From positions 47,497-67,496 of the forward strand of contig KZ539491.1 of the NCBI GenBank assembly GCA_000934665.2: 20,000 bases of DNA. Reading direction: 5' to 3'. A program made the position numbers and the translations under genes. Source of the stretch: Catajapyx aquilonaris. Lineage: Eukaryota. Within the stretch, counting starts at the first letter, position 1. Every line of letters begins with the position of its first letter. The notes below the pieces were generated by a model. It made no database searches, was not told the DNA's origin, and worked only from the letters and a program-made list of their open reading frames with translations. Positions 1-10,550 of the stretch are shown here, piece after piece.

Positions 1-539
1 TTCGCCCTACATTGGAGTGTACATTTTTGCGGGGAACATTTCTGATTGTAGGCTCTTATTTGATAGGGCCACGTAGTGTTTGGTAAGGGGTCTTCTTTGA
101 TAGATGTTACAAGAGGAAGTTGATGGCAGTGTGACGAATAGTGACGTGGTACAACGGTAAAAGATGTGATATTACGGTTCAGATACGTCGTGAGTGAAGT
201 GGTATTGTATAGCAAATGTATGCATAACCTATGCCACGTGCGGATAGGAGAAGAATAGAAGGTTTTTGTCTGACTGGGCGGTTTGATTTTGTTTTTGGCA
301 GCTTACAAATGAAAATGCTGTGCAGCAGAAGGGAGCACTCTGCGGATGGTTTGTGGCCTGGGTCTAGAAGTGGCGGCAATCCCAATTGGCGATTCAGCTT
401 GTTCGGATTCTCAGGGATGAGCTGTTCCTTGGGGGCCCTCATCCGTCATCTTGTTGGTGGTTACCCACAAGAGGGATTCCACCACCTGAGGAGACTCCTT
501 GATTATGTCAGGAAGAGTTCACATTGTTCGACCCCTTCC

Positions 540-1360
540 CGTTTACGAAAGGATGTTTCATACAATACTCCATTCAATAAAGGATCATCGCATACAATAT
601 GTATAATGATCTTGACATACTTCAGTTATTGTGACATTATGCCGGTGATGTTTTTTACTGCACATTTATTGTATTTATTTACTGGAACGCCACAAAGAGA
701 ACATATACCTATGAGTCTATAGGACGGGCGCAATTTATTTTCTGAAGCCCTGCTGCCTTCCAAAGAAGCGGTTCCCCTTATATTGAGCGGAATAGTCCCG
801 TATAATCGTGTACCAGAGACCAGGTCTTTTTTTTGTGGGGACTCAGTGATGGAGGAGGAACGTCGTGAGAGATTGAGTTTGAAAGCTTGAAGTCGTAGGA
901 AGGATTTGGCTATTTCGGTGCCTTTATACTGAGACTTATAGAGAGGACTGTTTCAACAAGCACGTTTGGAGCATTGGATTGTCAGAAATTAATTCAAACT
1001 CTTTGGGGAATGGAAACTTTGATGCCGGTGCGACATCACGTAGGGGTGAATCGGAGCACCCTTCCTGAATAATTATTACAGAATGTGTTATGGATTATGA
1101 TTTCGTCACGGAGAGTTGTTGATAAGTTCCTTCTAACTGTGATGGATATTGGGCCTACCGCGTGTCTGTAATCAGGGAAGTTGCAGTTTATACGACATTT
1201 GTAATGCGCATTTGTACTTCCTAAAAAGTATTGGTAAAATTCAGTCCAGTCAATAATATTATACGCTTACGAAGACCTTCTGGTACGATATGCTGTTCTT
1301 CAAGGCTGATGGATATAATTAATATGAAATAATGCGTGGAGTGTGCGGGAAATTATCAGT
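540..1360 (-). mobile_element. Highly degenerate Penelope-like retroelement remnant (RT C-terminal part + GIY-YIG endonuclease)
   Basis: Minus-strand translation across frameshifts gives, in PLE order: YIHQ(L)EEQ (~1320-1295), QLP.L (~1185), THSVII (~1090), then GICSLCG..KYNKCAVKNI (~710-647) and ITEVCQDHY..R.SFIE (~630-575). The last two resemble the CxxC...CxxKNVVYxIxCxxCxxxYIG linker/GIY-YIG. Many stops and indels. Confidence 0.45.
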
Positions 1361-2525
1361 TACTTTTTGGTGGCTGTCAAATATGTTAACTGTTAATATT
1401 AATTTGATTTGAAGCATCTTTATGAGGATTCATGTTTACAACACGCAGCTTTTATGCGAAAATGCATAATTATCGAATGTGGAATTTTTCCCCCTCCACT
1501 GCTTTCGAGGTATAAGCTATATATGTCAGTTTATTTTATTTCAAATGTACTTTATAATTATTACTATATAGTAAGTTATGTACTAAATATGTTGATTGCT
1601 TTATTTTCATACCGTAAAGTCAATAGACCGCTGTTTTCATTCACCTTGCTTCCTGCTTTTATCTGTACCTGTATTATGCTCACATCAGCACTGCAAAAGT
1701 ATAAGTACAGTAAGCCTATATAGCGTACAGAATGCACCAAATAAATCCTTAAATGCATTATTTTGTTCCGACTTGGGGCGAAGCACTCAAGAATGATTCA
1801 TTAAGTACCTATTTGCATAATTACACTCATATAAATCAGCATGATGCAAAAAAGTGCATGCTTTGCAAGCGACTGACATTTTCCCAATAGCACACATTAT
1901 TCTGCCTCATGGTGACGGGTATGAGTGTCAGTGAATATGCATTTAGTGCATAATCATTGTTGATGCATTAGGAGTGTTTCACCCTGCAGGCATATTAAAG
2001 CATTGAAGAGTTGAAAGCGATTCATTTGGTTGCGTCTGCACGTTTCAGATTTTCTTGACACACGGTTGCGATGAAGTGAAATTAATTAATTTTTCTAACA
2101 CGTCGGCAGTAGACATTAATTCCCCATCTAGGTTCTGGGTGGAGTTTTTCAAATGTAGGTCGGGTTTTACGGACTTTTGCAATGATCAATTAAACAGTAA
2201 AGGCTGGTTATAAAAGTAGTTAGGTGCCGTGATTACCATGTACTTTGACATCACCTCCACCCCTCACCATCCATGTTGCACACTCATTGGCCTTTGGCCA
2301 TGAACTGGCTCCAACGGTAAGGTTTGTTGCACAGTAGATGCCAACATACGTATTAGTTATCATTATGAGTTACGATATGTGCAATGACAAGGAATTTCTT
2401 GCGAAAAATTATGATGATTATAACGAAGCTCGTTTCACCTTACCATGGAAGCAGAATTCAAGGCTAAGATATTGGATGGGAGGTGACATAAGTCGGATCG
2501 TATTTAAAATGTGTTATTTATGGAT

Positions 2526-2538
2526 GGGGGGGGGGGGG
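2526..2538 (+). repeat. poly-G run, followed by a short tandem duplication (aaagaagcgt x2)
   Basis: Seen directly. Confidence 0.85.
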
Positions 2539-2749
2539 ATAAAAGAAGCGTNTAAAGAAGCGTGATGTACTACTTCATTATGGGCAGATGAAAGATTCAG
2601 CCGCATACAGTAGGTACTTACTTTTCAATTAGGGTTTGCTTGTATAGATCTTGGTTCCTACTTATATGATTGATTTGACATGTTTGGCCTTCCTTAATTG
2701 CAAATGGCATGCTTACAAGATCCAGCTAATTACTCCTTCCTTGCCTGGT

Positions 2750-3180
2750 ACAATTTCGTCCAAGACGACTTGGGTTTTTGAAGTGCACTTGGCCAGGACC
2801 TCCCGAGTGAATTTTCGTTTGGCCCTCTGCTCTCCAAGAAAGCGTGTGGTTTCGAGTGCAGTTGAATTTAATTGGAGCCCAAGCTGGTGGTTACGGATCC
2901 CAACAACTGTGGAGTCTAGAGGTCGACATGTTTGTTCCCAGCGGTTGTTGTTGTTGTTGTGCTTCTGGAGAGAACTTCTGACATTTTGCACCTTCTCGGC
3001 TAGCAATAAAAAACCCTGGGCTTGTTTTCCTCCTCCACAGCAGTTCTATTGTAAGCTTTCGATACAGTAGTGTAGCTTTCACGAATCATGTCCAAGGATT
3101 GTTGACGAAATCTCCGCTGCCAAGCGCGCCTTATTTTTCTGCGAGGCCTGCAATCGTTTTGGGAAAGGGCCCCATTCATC
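2750..3180 (-). mobile_element. Degenerate hAT-superfamily transposase fragment (ZNF862/ZMYM1-like)
   Basis: Joining the minus ORFs 3000..3182 and 2713..3006 with adjacent frames gives PKRLQA..., W.RR..QSLDMIRESY, AQG..LAEKVQNVR and VVGIRNHQLGLQLNS. This resembles the hAT order SPKR / RWxSRxxxLxxIxxxY / AxGLLKKL / VLxITNxLSxQLQ. A (ttg)5 repeat at 2945-2959 makes the poly-N/Q. Confidence 0.4.
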
Positions 3181-4169
3181 AAGGGTTGTAGGTCACCTTT
3201 TCATTACTTGGGACCTGGTAATGATCTGGCTGAAAGAGAAGTTACCATGGTTCCCAATAAAGGATAGCTCCTAGTGTTTGACGTCAGATCAGCACTTTAT
3301 TTGGACGTATCTGTCTAGCCTATTTAAAGAAAACATACAAATCCGGTTTTAATCCAATTTATACAAAAATACAAATATTGGTCCCTTTCTGTGGCGCCAT
3401 CTCACTTTCACATTTTACTAATTTGTGCAGATTTTTTTGCGCAAAATTCCATTATCCATGATCCACTTTTACTTCAATGGCACTGAATTGTTAATGAGCG
3501 TAGCAATTAATTCTGACCATATCAGCACGCAGCGTAACATGATTCGGTGGCGGCTGAAGTTGTATATCCAGTTGTATATATCAAGTAAAATAATTCATTC
3601 TGTCGATGTAGCCGATGTGATGCGATAACAATTGACAAATCAAGTTGTCGCAGGATTTGTCTGATCGGAATACCTAAAAGTTTGGCCTAGTATGGATATA
3701 TAGAGAAAAAACCTGCACATTTCTCAACTAGATCCATTGTACGTATAGTATGGCTGCAGGATAGAATTGTCGAGAGCATTGACTGATGCAATGGCTCCTT
3801 TGGGACATTTTAGCAATTGGAGAGAGAGAAAAAGTGCGGCATGTTGCCTGATTGTGAACCAAGAGATTTTTCTTGCACGTTCATTTGGCTCCTATATCCA
3901 GAATCGATCTGACCACAAGATATTTTTTTCGGCGAGCAAAAGTAAACTCCCATGTGTACGTTAGCCGAACGATGTTTTTTTTCGTGTAACTCCACGTCAT
4001 TGGTTAAGATCAGTCACGTCCAGTGCTGATAGATGATGTGCTTAAATTTCAGACATGCCATTTTTTGCAACTTGTTGTCTGTTATATGGTTATCATTATG
4101 TTCCTTATTATTTGCATCTCCGGTACTTTCCTGACACCCGGTGTAGACTATATTTCTATTTAGTCTGCT

Positions 4170-4855
4170 GGCTACGTTTTCGGCGTCTCTTTGTCAGAGA
4201 TTCATGCCCACTCGCTTCCACATGGGTTAATATGGCCCTGCTCGCAATTACCACTCATCACCCAGCTTGCCAGTTAGCCACTGCACTACTCAAGCCAGAG
4301 TTACCAAAATGCACTCTTGTTAGTCACAGTTACCAGACTCCAAGGTATCAGCTCGATACATATTTTCCCATGATGTCGCAACCTTCCTGTCTCATCATCA
4401 TTCACCACTCAGTTTCATTTTGTTGTTTGGTTGACTGACTTGTACGGAGCCTTCTTTCCATAATTATCATAATATCGAGCTTTCTTGGCAACGTGAGTGG
4501 CCTAAAGCATTTTGTAGAGCGCTTAGCGAGCGCCTGAAGGCCAAAATGAGCTCGCTTTTGTCAAGAGTCAAAAGGAGGGGGCGTGATCTGGCTTGTCCTG
4601 AGCCAGGATTGACGTGCTCCGGGAGCTCCGGATTCCGCTCCCCGGAGCGTGAAGATGCCTAGATGGCGTCGGCATTTCCTTCGTGGGAAATTTTTTCTCC
4701 TGGATATATAGTTGTTGTTTTTTTTCTAAGAAAAGAAATGGTAGGTATTGTTTTCTTTCTCTAGTGTATCCGGTCAGGATTGGGGATTACTAAGTCGTCC
4801 GCATAGAGTTGTGGCAGTAGCAGGTGTTGCGTCGAAATCCTTGGGGATATCCTAT
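4170..4855 (-). mobile_element. Degenerate LINE reverse transcriptase remnant, interrupted by a ~4500-4765 insertion
   Basis: Minus-strand motifs in canonical order: GYPQG (4852-4838), LYADDLVI (4808-4785), LPRKLD..SVNQTTK (~4490-4420), YLGVW (4347-4333), ILTH/GSEW..LTKR (~4232-4185). Frameshifted and internally deleted. Confidence 0.6.
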
Positions 4856-5477
4856 TTTGGAGCAGCACAATTTTTTGGAATGAGGAGGGTGGAGTAACAG
4901 GGTGTGACAAAGATGTTTGCTTTTCGTGTCTCCAACGCTGTGTGTGGTCGGCTTTCAATTTTTGTGCGGGTATTAGCTCCTAGGGCTTGTCCTAGGGGGC
5001 TAAGAACAATGAATGTGGGGAGGGTTGGTTGTGCAGTACGTAATTTGTCAATGATTCAGTATGGTGCTTCTTTTTTTTATCAGATTTACTGGACAAAGTC
5101 GACAGGCGCGACGTTCCGGCATGTTTCCCGGCCATTAGCTTTTCACTTCTCTTCGAGCCTTTTCAATCCTGGGCTTGTCCGGCTCGAAAACTACGTTCTC
5201 GAGGGATACCAGGACATTGTTTGTGTCAATGGATTATTGCGCTTAACCCATGTGCGTGACAATGGTGATAATCTATAACGCCCAGCTATGCACGCTCATA
5301 ATGTTACAATGCGAGTTGATGTTATAGTGACTATATGTTTGGGTAAGTTATTTAACGATGCGTGGTTTGTAAGCTAAAAACTATGCAATCCAAATAACCA
5401 TCGCATATTTTCTGTGTAATTGTACCTCGCTACATTATTTTGTAATATGATTTTGCAGTAATTATTGTTACTGAATT

Positions 5478-5722
5478 GAGGCGTTTACATGGGAAAGGGC
5501 GTAAGTCACAAATAAAAATTTTCACAGGGGCTAGGCAAAACACCAGTTTTGAGAACACCGTAAACTGAGCACAAAATATTTCCTATTGCTTTATTTGTTA
5601 CAGAGTCATAAAAAGTCACAGTAAAAGCAGTTTATGAGTTTAACATTTAAATGTAGGCTACTTTTTTCCTTTTGTGGCACATTTCTCATTGTGACTTACA
5701 CCCTTTTCCATGTCAACGCCTC
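5478..5722. mobile_element. 245-bp MITE with 34-bp terminal inverted repeats and AATT target-site duplication (GAG...CTC ends; Sola-like)
   Basis: 5478-5511 gaggcgtttacatgggaaagggcgtaagtcacaa matches the reverse complement of 5689-5722 at 31/34 positions. aatt flanks both ends (5474-5477, 5723-5726). No coding capacity. Confidence 0.85.
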
Positions 5723-6110
5723 AATTGTTAGCTGCCTCATTTACTATAGCATTGCATGCTAACAACAAGATATAGGCTACTTGCCTGGGGTACGGGTTGT
5801 AAAAATTTCCGGAATTATAGTGTAAAATTCTGCAAAACATTGCGTTGATGACTTTTTAATGAGGAGGGCAAATAGCACCCTCAACAGGCCGTGGGAAATA
5901 GCGCTTCTGAAATATTTTTCACTAAATGGATTAGGTTATTGTGACATACCGGTAGTCCGGTACTGCATAACATACTAAAGTGTCGTTGGGATAAATAGAC
6001 GCGATGCCTAGAAATGTGCGTGACTCGAAGCTTCTAAATGTCAAATTGTCTAGCTGTATAATAATCCGGGTAGTGTGTGCGAGGGTTTATCGCCCTGACT
6101 TTATGACCGT

Positions 6111-6248
6111 ATGACATTTTGGAACCTTGCACAGAACGTGGAAGTGACTGGGAGGGAGGTGCAGATGCGACAGAAATGTGTCAACTTGTCTCGGCATATA
6201 AGGCAGCTGGTATATAACAAGCTGAAAAGAAAGGAAAAGTGGTCAGGT
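6111..6248 (+). pseudogene. Possible degenerate Myb/SANT-like DNA-binding domain (PIF/Harbinger accessory-protein type)
   Basis: FWNLAQNVEVTG..Q.RQKCVNLSR(AYK after a 1-nt shift)...SG resembles W..IA......QCRxKWxNLxRxYK...SG. Confidence 0.3.
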
Positions 6249-7749
6249 CAGTGTTCAACAAGTGTGAGTACTGCTACACTCTCAGCTAATTTTCATTTAG
6301 ATAATGGAAAAAAAAATCCATTTAAATTGGAGGAGTTGAAAGAGCCAGCAATTTTTGCATTAACATTTTGTGCGAAATAATTGCAAATATTTAATTTGAA
6401 AATGAGCTTAATGAAGCAACCCGTTGGAGCTGTAGCTGTTGTTGCTTCTCTTTAAACTTCCAGAGTGAACCATTCACAACTTATTGACCTACCTCCCTGG
6501 ACTGGGCACTTGATGGGCAATGCACCGCGACGCGCTTGACTTTGATGTCAGAGCTAAAGAGGACAAGCTAATGCACTACTGTCACTAAAATACCAGTACA
6601 TGTAACTCGTTGTACTGTATACCAGCCAACTGCAATCCCTTCCAGAAAAGCCGCATTCCAGACATTATGGGACACCAAGTACAATAGGGCTATTGTAACC
6701 GGTAGGCCTATTTGCAAATAATTCATGCCCCATGTAATTGGAGTCCATTGTTTGCAAAATCCGTAACCGTGGCCCACCATTATCGAAACTAATTTTCAGG
6801 CATGTCGCCTTTCTGCCCCTGTTGTTAGACAGTAAATAACATAAACAGCAGTTAAAATTCGAAATCGCAATTATGCACAACCGCCCACCAGAATTAGGCC
6901 CCATTTTATGCGCGAAATTAATGTTGGCAGCGGCCGTTTTAAACTCATTTTGGTGGCTCCCTCCAGATGCATGTAATTAAAGGATTTATCGATTTGGAGC
7001 CCAATCCCCAATGCTTTTGAGACCCGGGAAATTTTACACATGATTATACATCGGTACTCCCAAAAAACGACTTGTTTCTGGGTTACATTTGAAGTGTTTG
7101 GCGGCGTCATACAAGCAATTTTAGTGGTCGGTGACTCACCTGTACAAGGGCCACTTGAAGCGGTTTCGTTTACTACGCAATATCCGACCAGTTCGTTTCT
7201 AAAACGGTAGCCTCCTTCTGATAGTTGGTGACGTAAGTTAGTGTATTTCATAGGTACCGACCTCTTCATTTATAAGTGGATTGCTAATGTGGAAGAATCT
7301 GCTATGAGCCGGAATTGTGGTGTGTTATAACTGATAAAGTAACGAGGTTTTGATATTTAGTTACTGTGGTTATCGGTTTCACCTTCTGTCGGCTATAGAC
7401 ACGGTGCTTGACATTTAGTGCTAATTTGATTCACAAATTATACCATTACAGTAAAAAAGGAAGAATAATCATACAGGTAGTTGGATTCTAATGCGAGATG
7501 GGCTCTAAAAAGCAACTTATGTATACAGTGCTTTTGGCGTGCTTCATCATTGCATAATTTACCCGCTGGTAAAGTGTTATAACCCATGACTTTAATGTAT
7601 CAAGTTGCAGTCCACACATGATCGGTGCTCGGCCATGCGGTCCATAAAGGGTGGTTGTCGGTCACGTTCGGACCAGAGTGAACAGAACGTTGAGGTTTTT
7701 ATAGCTTTATTACAAACTAAGTAATCTCATGATGTGGAATAGCGGAATT

Positions 7750-8320
7750 TAAATCTCAACAAATGTGCAGTTACTTAGCCTACTGGTCTCTTGATCCCAG
7801 TTCTTTCACTCCAAAACGCAGATAGAGTGTCGTCTTTCTCGCTCTTTGTCTTGAGATAGTGTGCAAATATATTCTTCTTTGTGGAGTCACAGCTGCACTT
7901 TAGTCTTGTCAGCTCTTAATTTCACAAGCTAATTGTTCATTGCCCGTTTCAGAAGCTTTTGCTTCATGTTTGGCAACTTATATTACGTCCGCCTCTCGTT
8001 GTGTGTCGCAATTCTCCTTGCGTTTACTATTTTTCATTGTTCTTTTTTTGATGCCATTTCTTTCTGAAACAGACGTAATTACTCTACAAGTCCCAAACTT
8101 AATTAACAAGGATAAGTGAATATCAGTGCATGATAATGATCGGGACAAAAACATGACATCAGAAGATGATCTTTCCTCAATCCTATATATGTGGCCTGTA
8201 AAACCCACGACAGAACCTCGAACAGAACAAAGATGTACACAATTGCAACTTGCTCTTCCAACTTTCCATGGGCAGGTACAAAACCGGTGCAAATCAAGGC
8301 ACATATCTCCATGGCCCCTA
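7750..8320 (-). mobile_element. Degenerate hAT (Buster/SPIN/GTF2IRD2-like) transposase fragment
   Basis: Across frames, in order: AL.(H)R.F...KLEEQ..VY, C.VR(W)..RG (~8224-8203), LRKD, DIF..L.NLSL (~8125-8090), EQL.EI..D (~7940-7905), TLSAFW (7828-7811). Matches the layout RALNHRQF / VRWLSRG / YLxDIFxxLNxLN / EQLxE / LxxFW. Confidence 0.4.
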
Positions 8321-8683
8321 CTGGTTAAACTTTTTGCTCCCACGTGTATAGGGTACTCAATTACTGCACATGTTCATTCCACCACTGCCCAACAGTGTCG
8401 CTAATTTTTTCACACATCCCCCACACACGAAAATCGGGACTATCATGTTATCCCTACGGGTCCATGTTCCCAAACCTGTCTACTTTCAGGTAATAATTTT
8501 GTACCCCGCCGGTCAAGCCCCCAGTGTTTAGGCTAATAATGTTAAACTACGAGTAGCCATATGCACTGAACTTCTGCTGCCCTCTTACGGAGGCGTCTCA
8601 TTTGGCACAATTCGCGCCAAATCCATATTGACAATGTAGCTCATATGACCAATGTGATGACATACTGTATATGGCCAGTTATA

Positions 8684-8710
8684 TCTAACCACCTTTCTCT
8701 CTTCTTCCAG
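8684..8710 (+). promoter_or_regulatory. Strong 3' splice site (branch point + polypyrimidine tract + CAG)
   Basis: tctaac at 8684-8689 (branch A 22 nt upstream of the junction), 17 uninterrupted pyrimidines at 8692-8708, ag at 8709-8710. Confidence 0.6.
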
Positions 8711-8762
8711 GTACGTGAATCCAGTTCCGTATCCGCACAAAGGTAATCTTCCGGGCATATAC
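8711..8762 (+). other. Candidate micro-/RS-exon (52 nt, or 32 nt if the donor at 8743 is used) that begins with a regenerated donor GTACGT
   Basis: The acceptor is followed immediately by gtacgt. Downstream donors are aag|gtaatc (8743) and tac|gtaagt (8763). Confidence 0.45.
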
Positions 8763-9029
8763 GTAAGTTACGCTGGTGTGCTATTCTCGTCAGCTGACTG
8801 GGGCAATTACGTAGCACTTGAGACCCACTCTTGTCCTTCAGTCCGCGGCAGGCAGGCGGGTGAATGGGGGTCTTAAATGTGTCGTAAGCAGCTTGTTTGC
8901 AAACATCCTATGCAATCCCCTTTTTGCCCGAGTGCGTGACCTCGATATGTAAAATTTGGCATCCACTTCCAGAAATAGTAGGAGGGGGCCAGTGGCATGT
9001 GCCATACTAAAAATACATGCATCGGGGAG

Positions 9030-9052
9030 CCCCCCCCCCCCCCCCCCCCCCC
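9030..9052 (+). repeat. poly-C run
   Basis: Seen directly; explains the poly-P/poly-G in ORFs 8956..9174 and 8838..9191. Confidence 0.9.
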
Positions 9053-9749
9053 NCGCCCACTCTACCCACCCCCATTTTCGTCCGGGCAAAATGAAGAATA
9101 TATTGCTGCCTGCTGCAGGCACCAGGCAGAAATATTCGACAGCGCCATGTTTGATTTCCACGAATGAAATGTGAACGCTTTTTACCTCCATCCAGTTATT
9201 TCATAGCACGCTCTTGCAGTAAGTTATGGCTCGCATGTGTCGTTATGGTGATAAATGGAACGCCGGTGCTGTCTGATACGGGTTGGGGCATGAGTTCATA
9301 TCGGTGCTTTGCGATGTAAGATGGCATTTTGTAGCACGGTTGGCGGGTGTTCTGGAAATTTTTAGGAATATATTTGTTAATGATTATATTAATATAGATA
9401 TATTAAATATTAATATATAGGGGTGTATTGTGGCGGAGGATTGTGAAAGTCATGGTTGAAACATGGGTTTATTAATAGCGGGTCTGCATACTTACGAAAT
9501 TAAGGAGAGTCCCAGGAGAGCAGCACGAGGGAGGCCTATTGAAAGGCTTGCAAGGTCATTTTGATTTAGTGCCTGGCGTAATCTGGGTTTTAACAGTAAA
9601 CATGTGTTATTCAACCACAGGGGATGACGCCTACAATCTTATGGGGCGAATCTTGTTGACTTAATTAATGCACTTGTGGCAATGAATCACAATTTTTAAC
9701 ATAAAAATGTAAGCAAATCTGCGGCTAATAATACTACTCTGCAATGATA

Positions 9750-9810
9750 TTGCGGCAAGAGGTTTGGTGGGTGACTTAACCTAACTCAACCATCAAACTC
9801 TGTGCCGCAA
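9750..9810. repeat. Imperfect inverted repeat / ~60-nt hairpin
   Basis: ttgcggcaagaggtttggtgggtgactta pairs with taactcaaccatcaaactctgtgccgcaa (~26 bp including one G-U, two single-nt bulges, two mismatches). Confidence 0.7.
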
Positions 9811-10294
9811 AAAAGGTTTTACATTTTGCAATATTGGGCGTCAGATGTACACATATGCAAGTATAAGTTTGACGCAGCTGTTGACCTGTGCTGGACACTA
9901 GCACGTGTACGATGAAATTGGTCATTAATCATTACTGCAACCTCTGGTGAAAAACAGAATTCCCATTCTGTGTTTCATTAGAACAATTCCAACTCGGAAG
10001 CATTTAAATTATTTACAGGAAAACGACTGGCATAATCAGGTGTTTTCACCACCGTTTTCGCATTTACCTCTAGTTTGGTAATATTATACGGACTAGGGCA
10101 CCATGATAATGTGGCAACAAATCCAGAATAAAATTCATTTAATATAGGCAATTGTCACAGTAACATGACTTTTGTATAATACGTAAGCTGTATAAGATTT
10201 GTGTTGTGTAATATTGTAATTTGTATAATATCAATATTGCAATAGTGACATTGGTATTCTAGTGCATGGCTCTATACGAACGATCCATGTCGTC

Positions 10295-10550
10295 TCAGTA
10301 GATCACCTCTCCATAAATTAATTTGCAACCCAAATGAGGCCTACTGACCTTGCTGAGCATACCCTTCCTCAGCCCAGAAACAAAATATGACTTCCTCTGA
10401 CTTGCCCGTGGGACGATACAAATGCACGAAACCAAACCGACTGACAGCTTTGTCACTCTCAATTTGGTAATGAGGCACATATGACTCGCATCTGTCTGTC
10501 CAGGTGAGGATGAGCCTTGACGATCAGGTTCACCCACATGGCTAATTATT
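10295..10550 (-). mobile_element. Degenerate PIF/Harbinger (HARBI1-like) transposase fragment
   Basis: ORF 10295..10537 region reads IISHVGEPDRQ...SYFVSG..(EEGYA in the adjacent frame)LSKVSRPHLGCKLIYGEVIY. This resembles FIYVDVGxxGRxSD...PYFFVGDEAFPLSKxLMRPYPGxxLxxEExIFN. Confidence 0.5.

Noticed and set aside
231..722. 163-aa plus-strand ORF
   Set aside because: No recognisable domain; antisense to the Penelope-like remnant.
2425..2436. gaagctcgtttc, matching the 5' half of miR-993
   Set aside because: Only 12 nt match; no complementary arm.
3767..3964. ORF with weak hAT-like L.D.M.PL..FS peptide
   Set aside because: Single weak motif without neighbouring motifs.
6222..6253. Strong minus-strand acceptor with ctgac branch site
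   Set aside because: No good donor or recognisable coding exon follows; overlaps a probable TE-derived segment.
6810..7010. LLLDS..H / LPP / DLSIWSP peptides reminiscent of a pogo DDE transposase
   Set aside because: Too degenerate, with inconsistent frames, to support a call.
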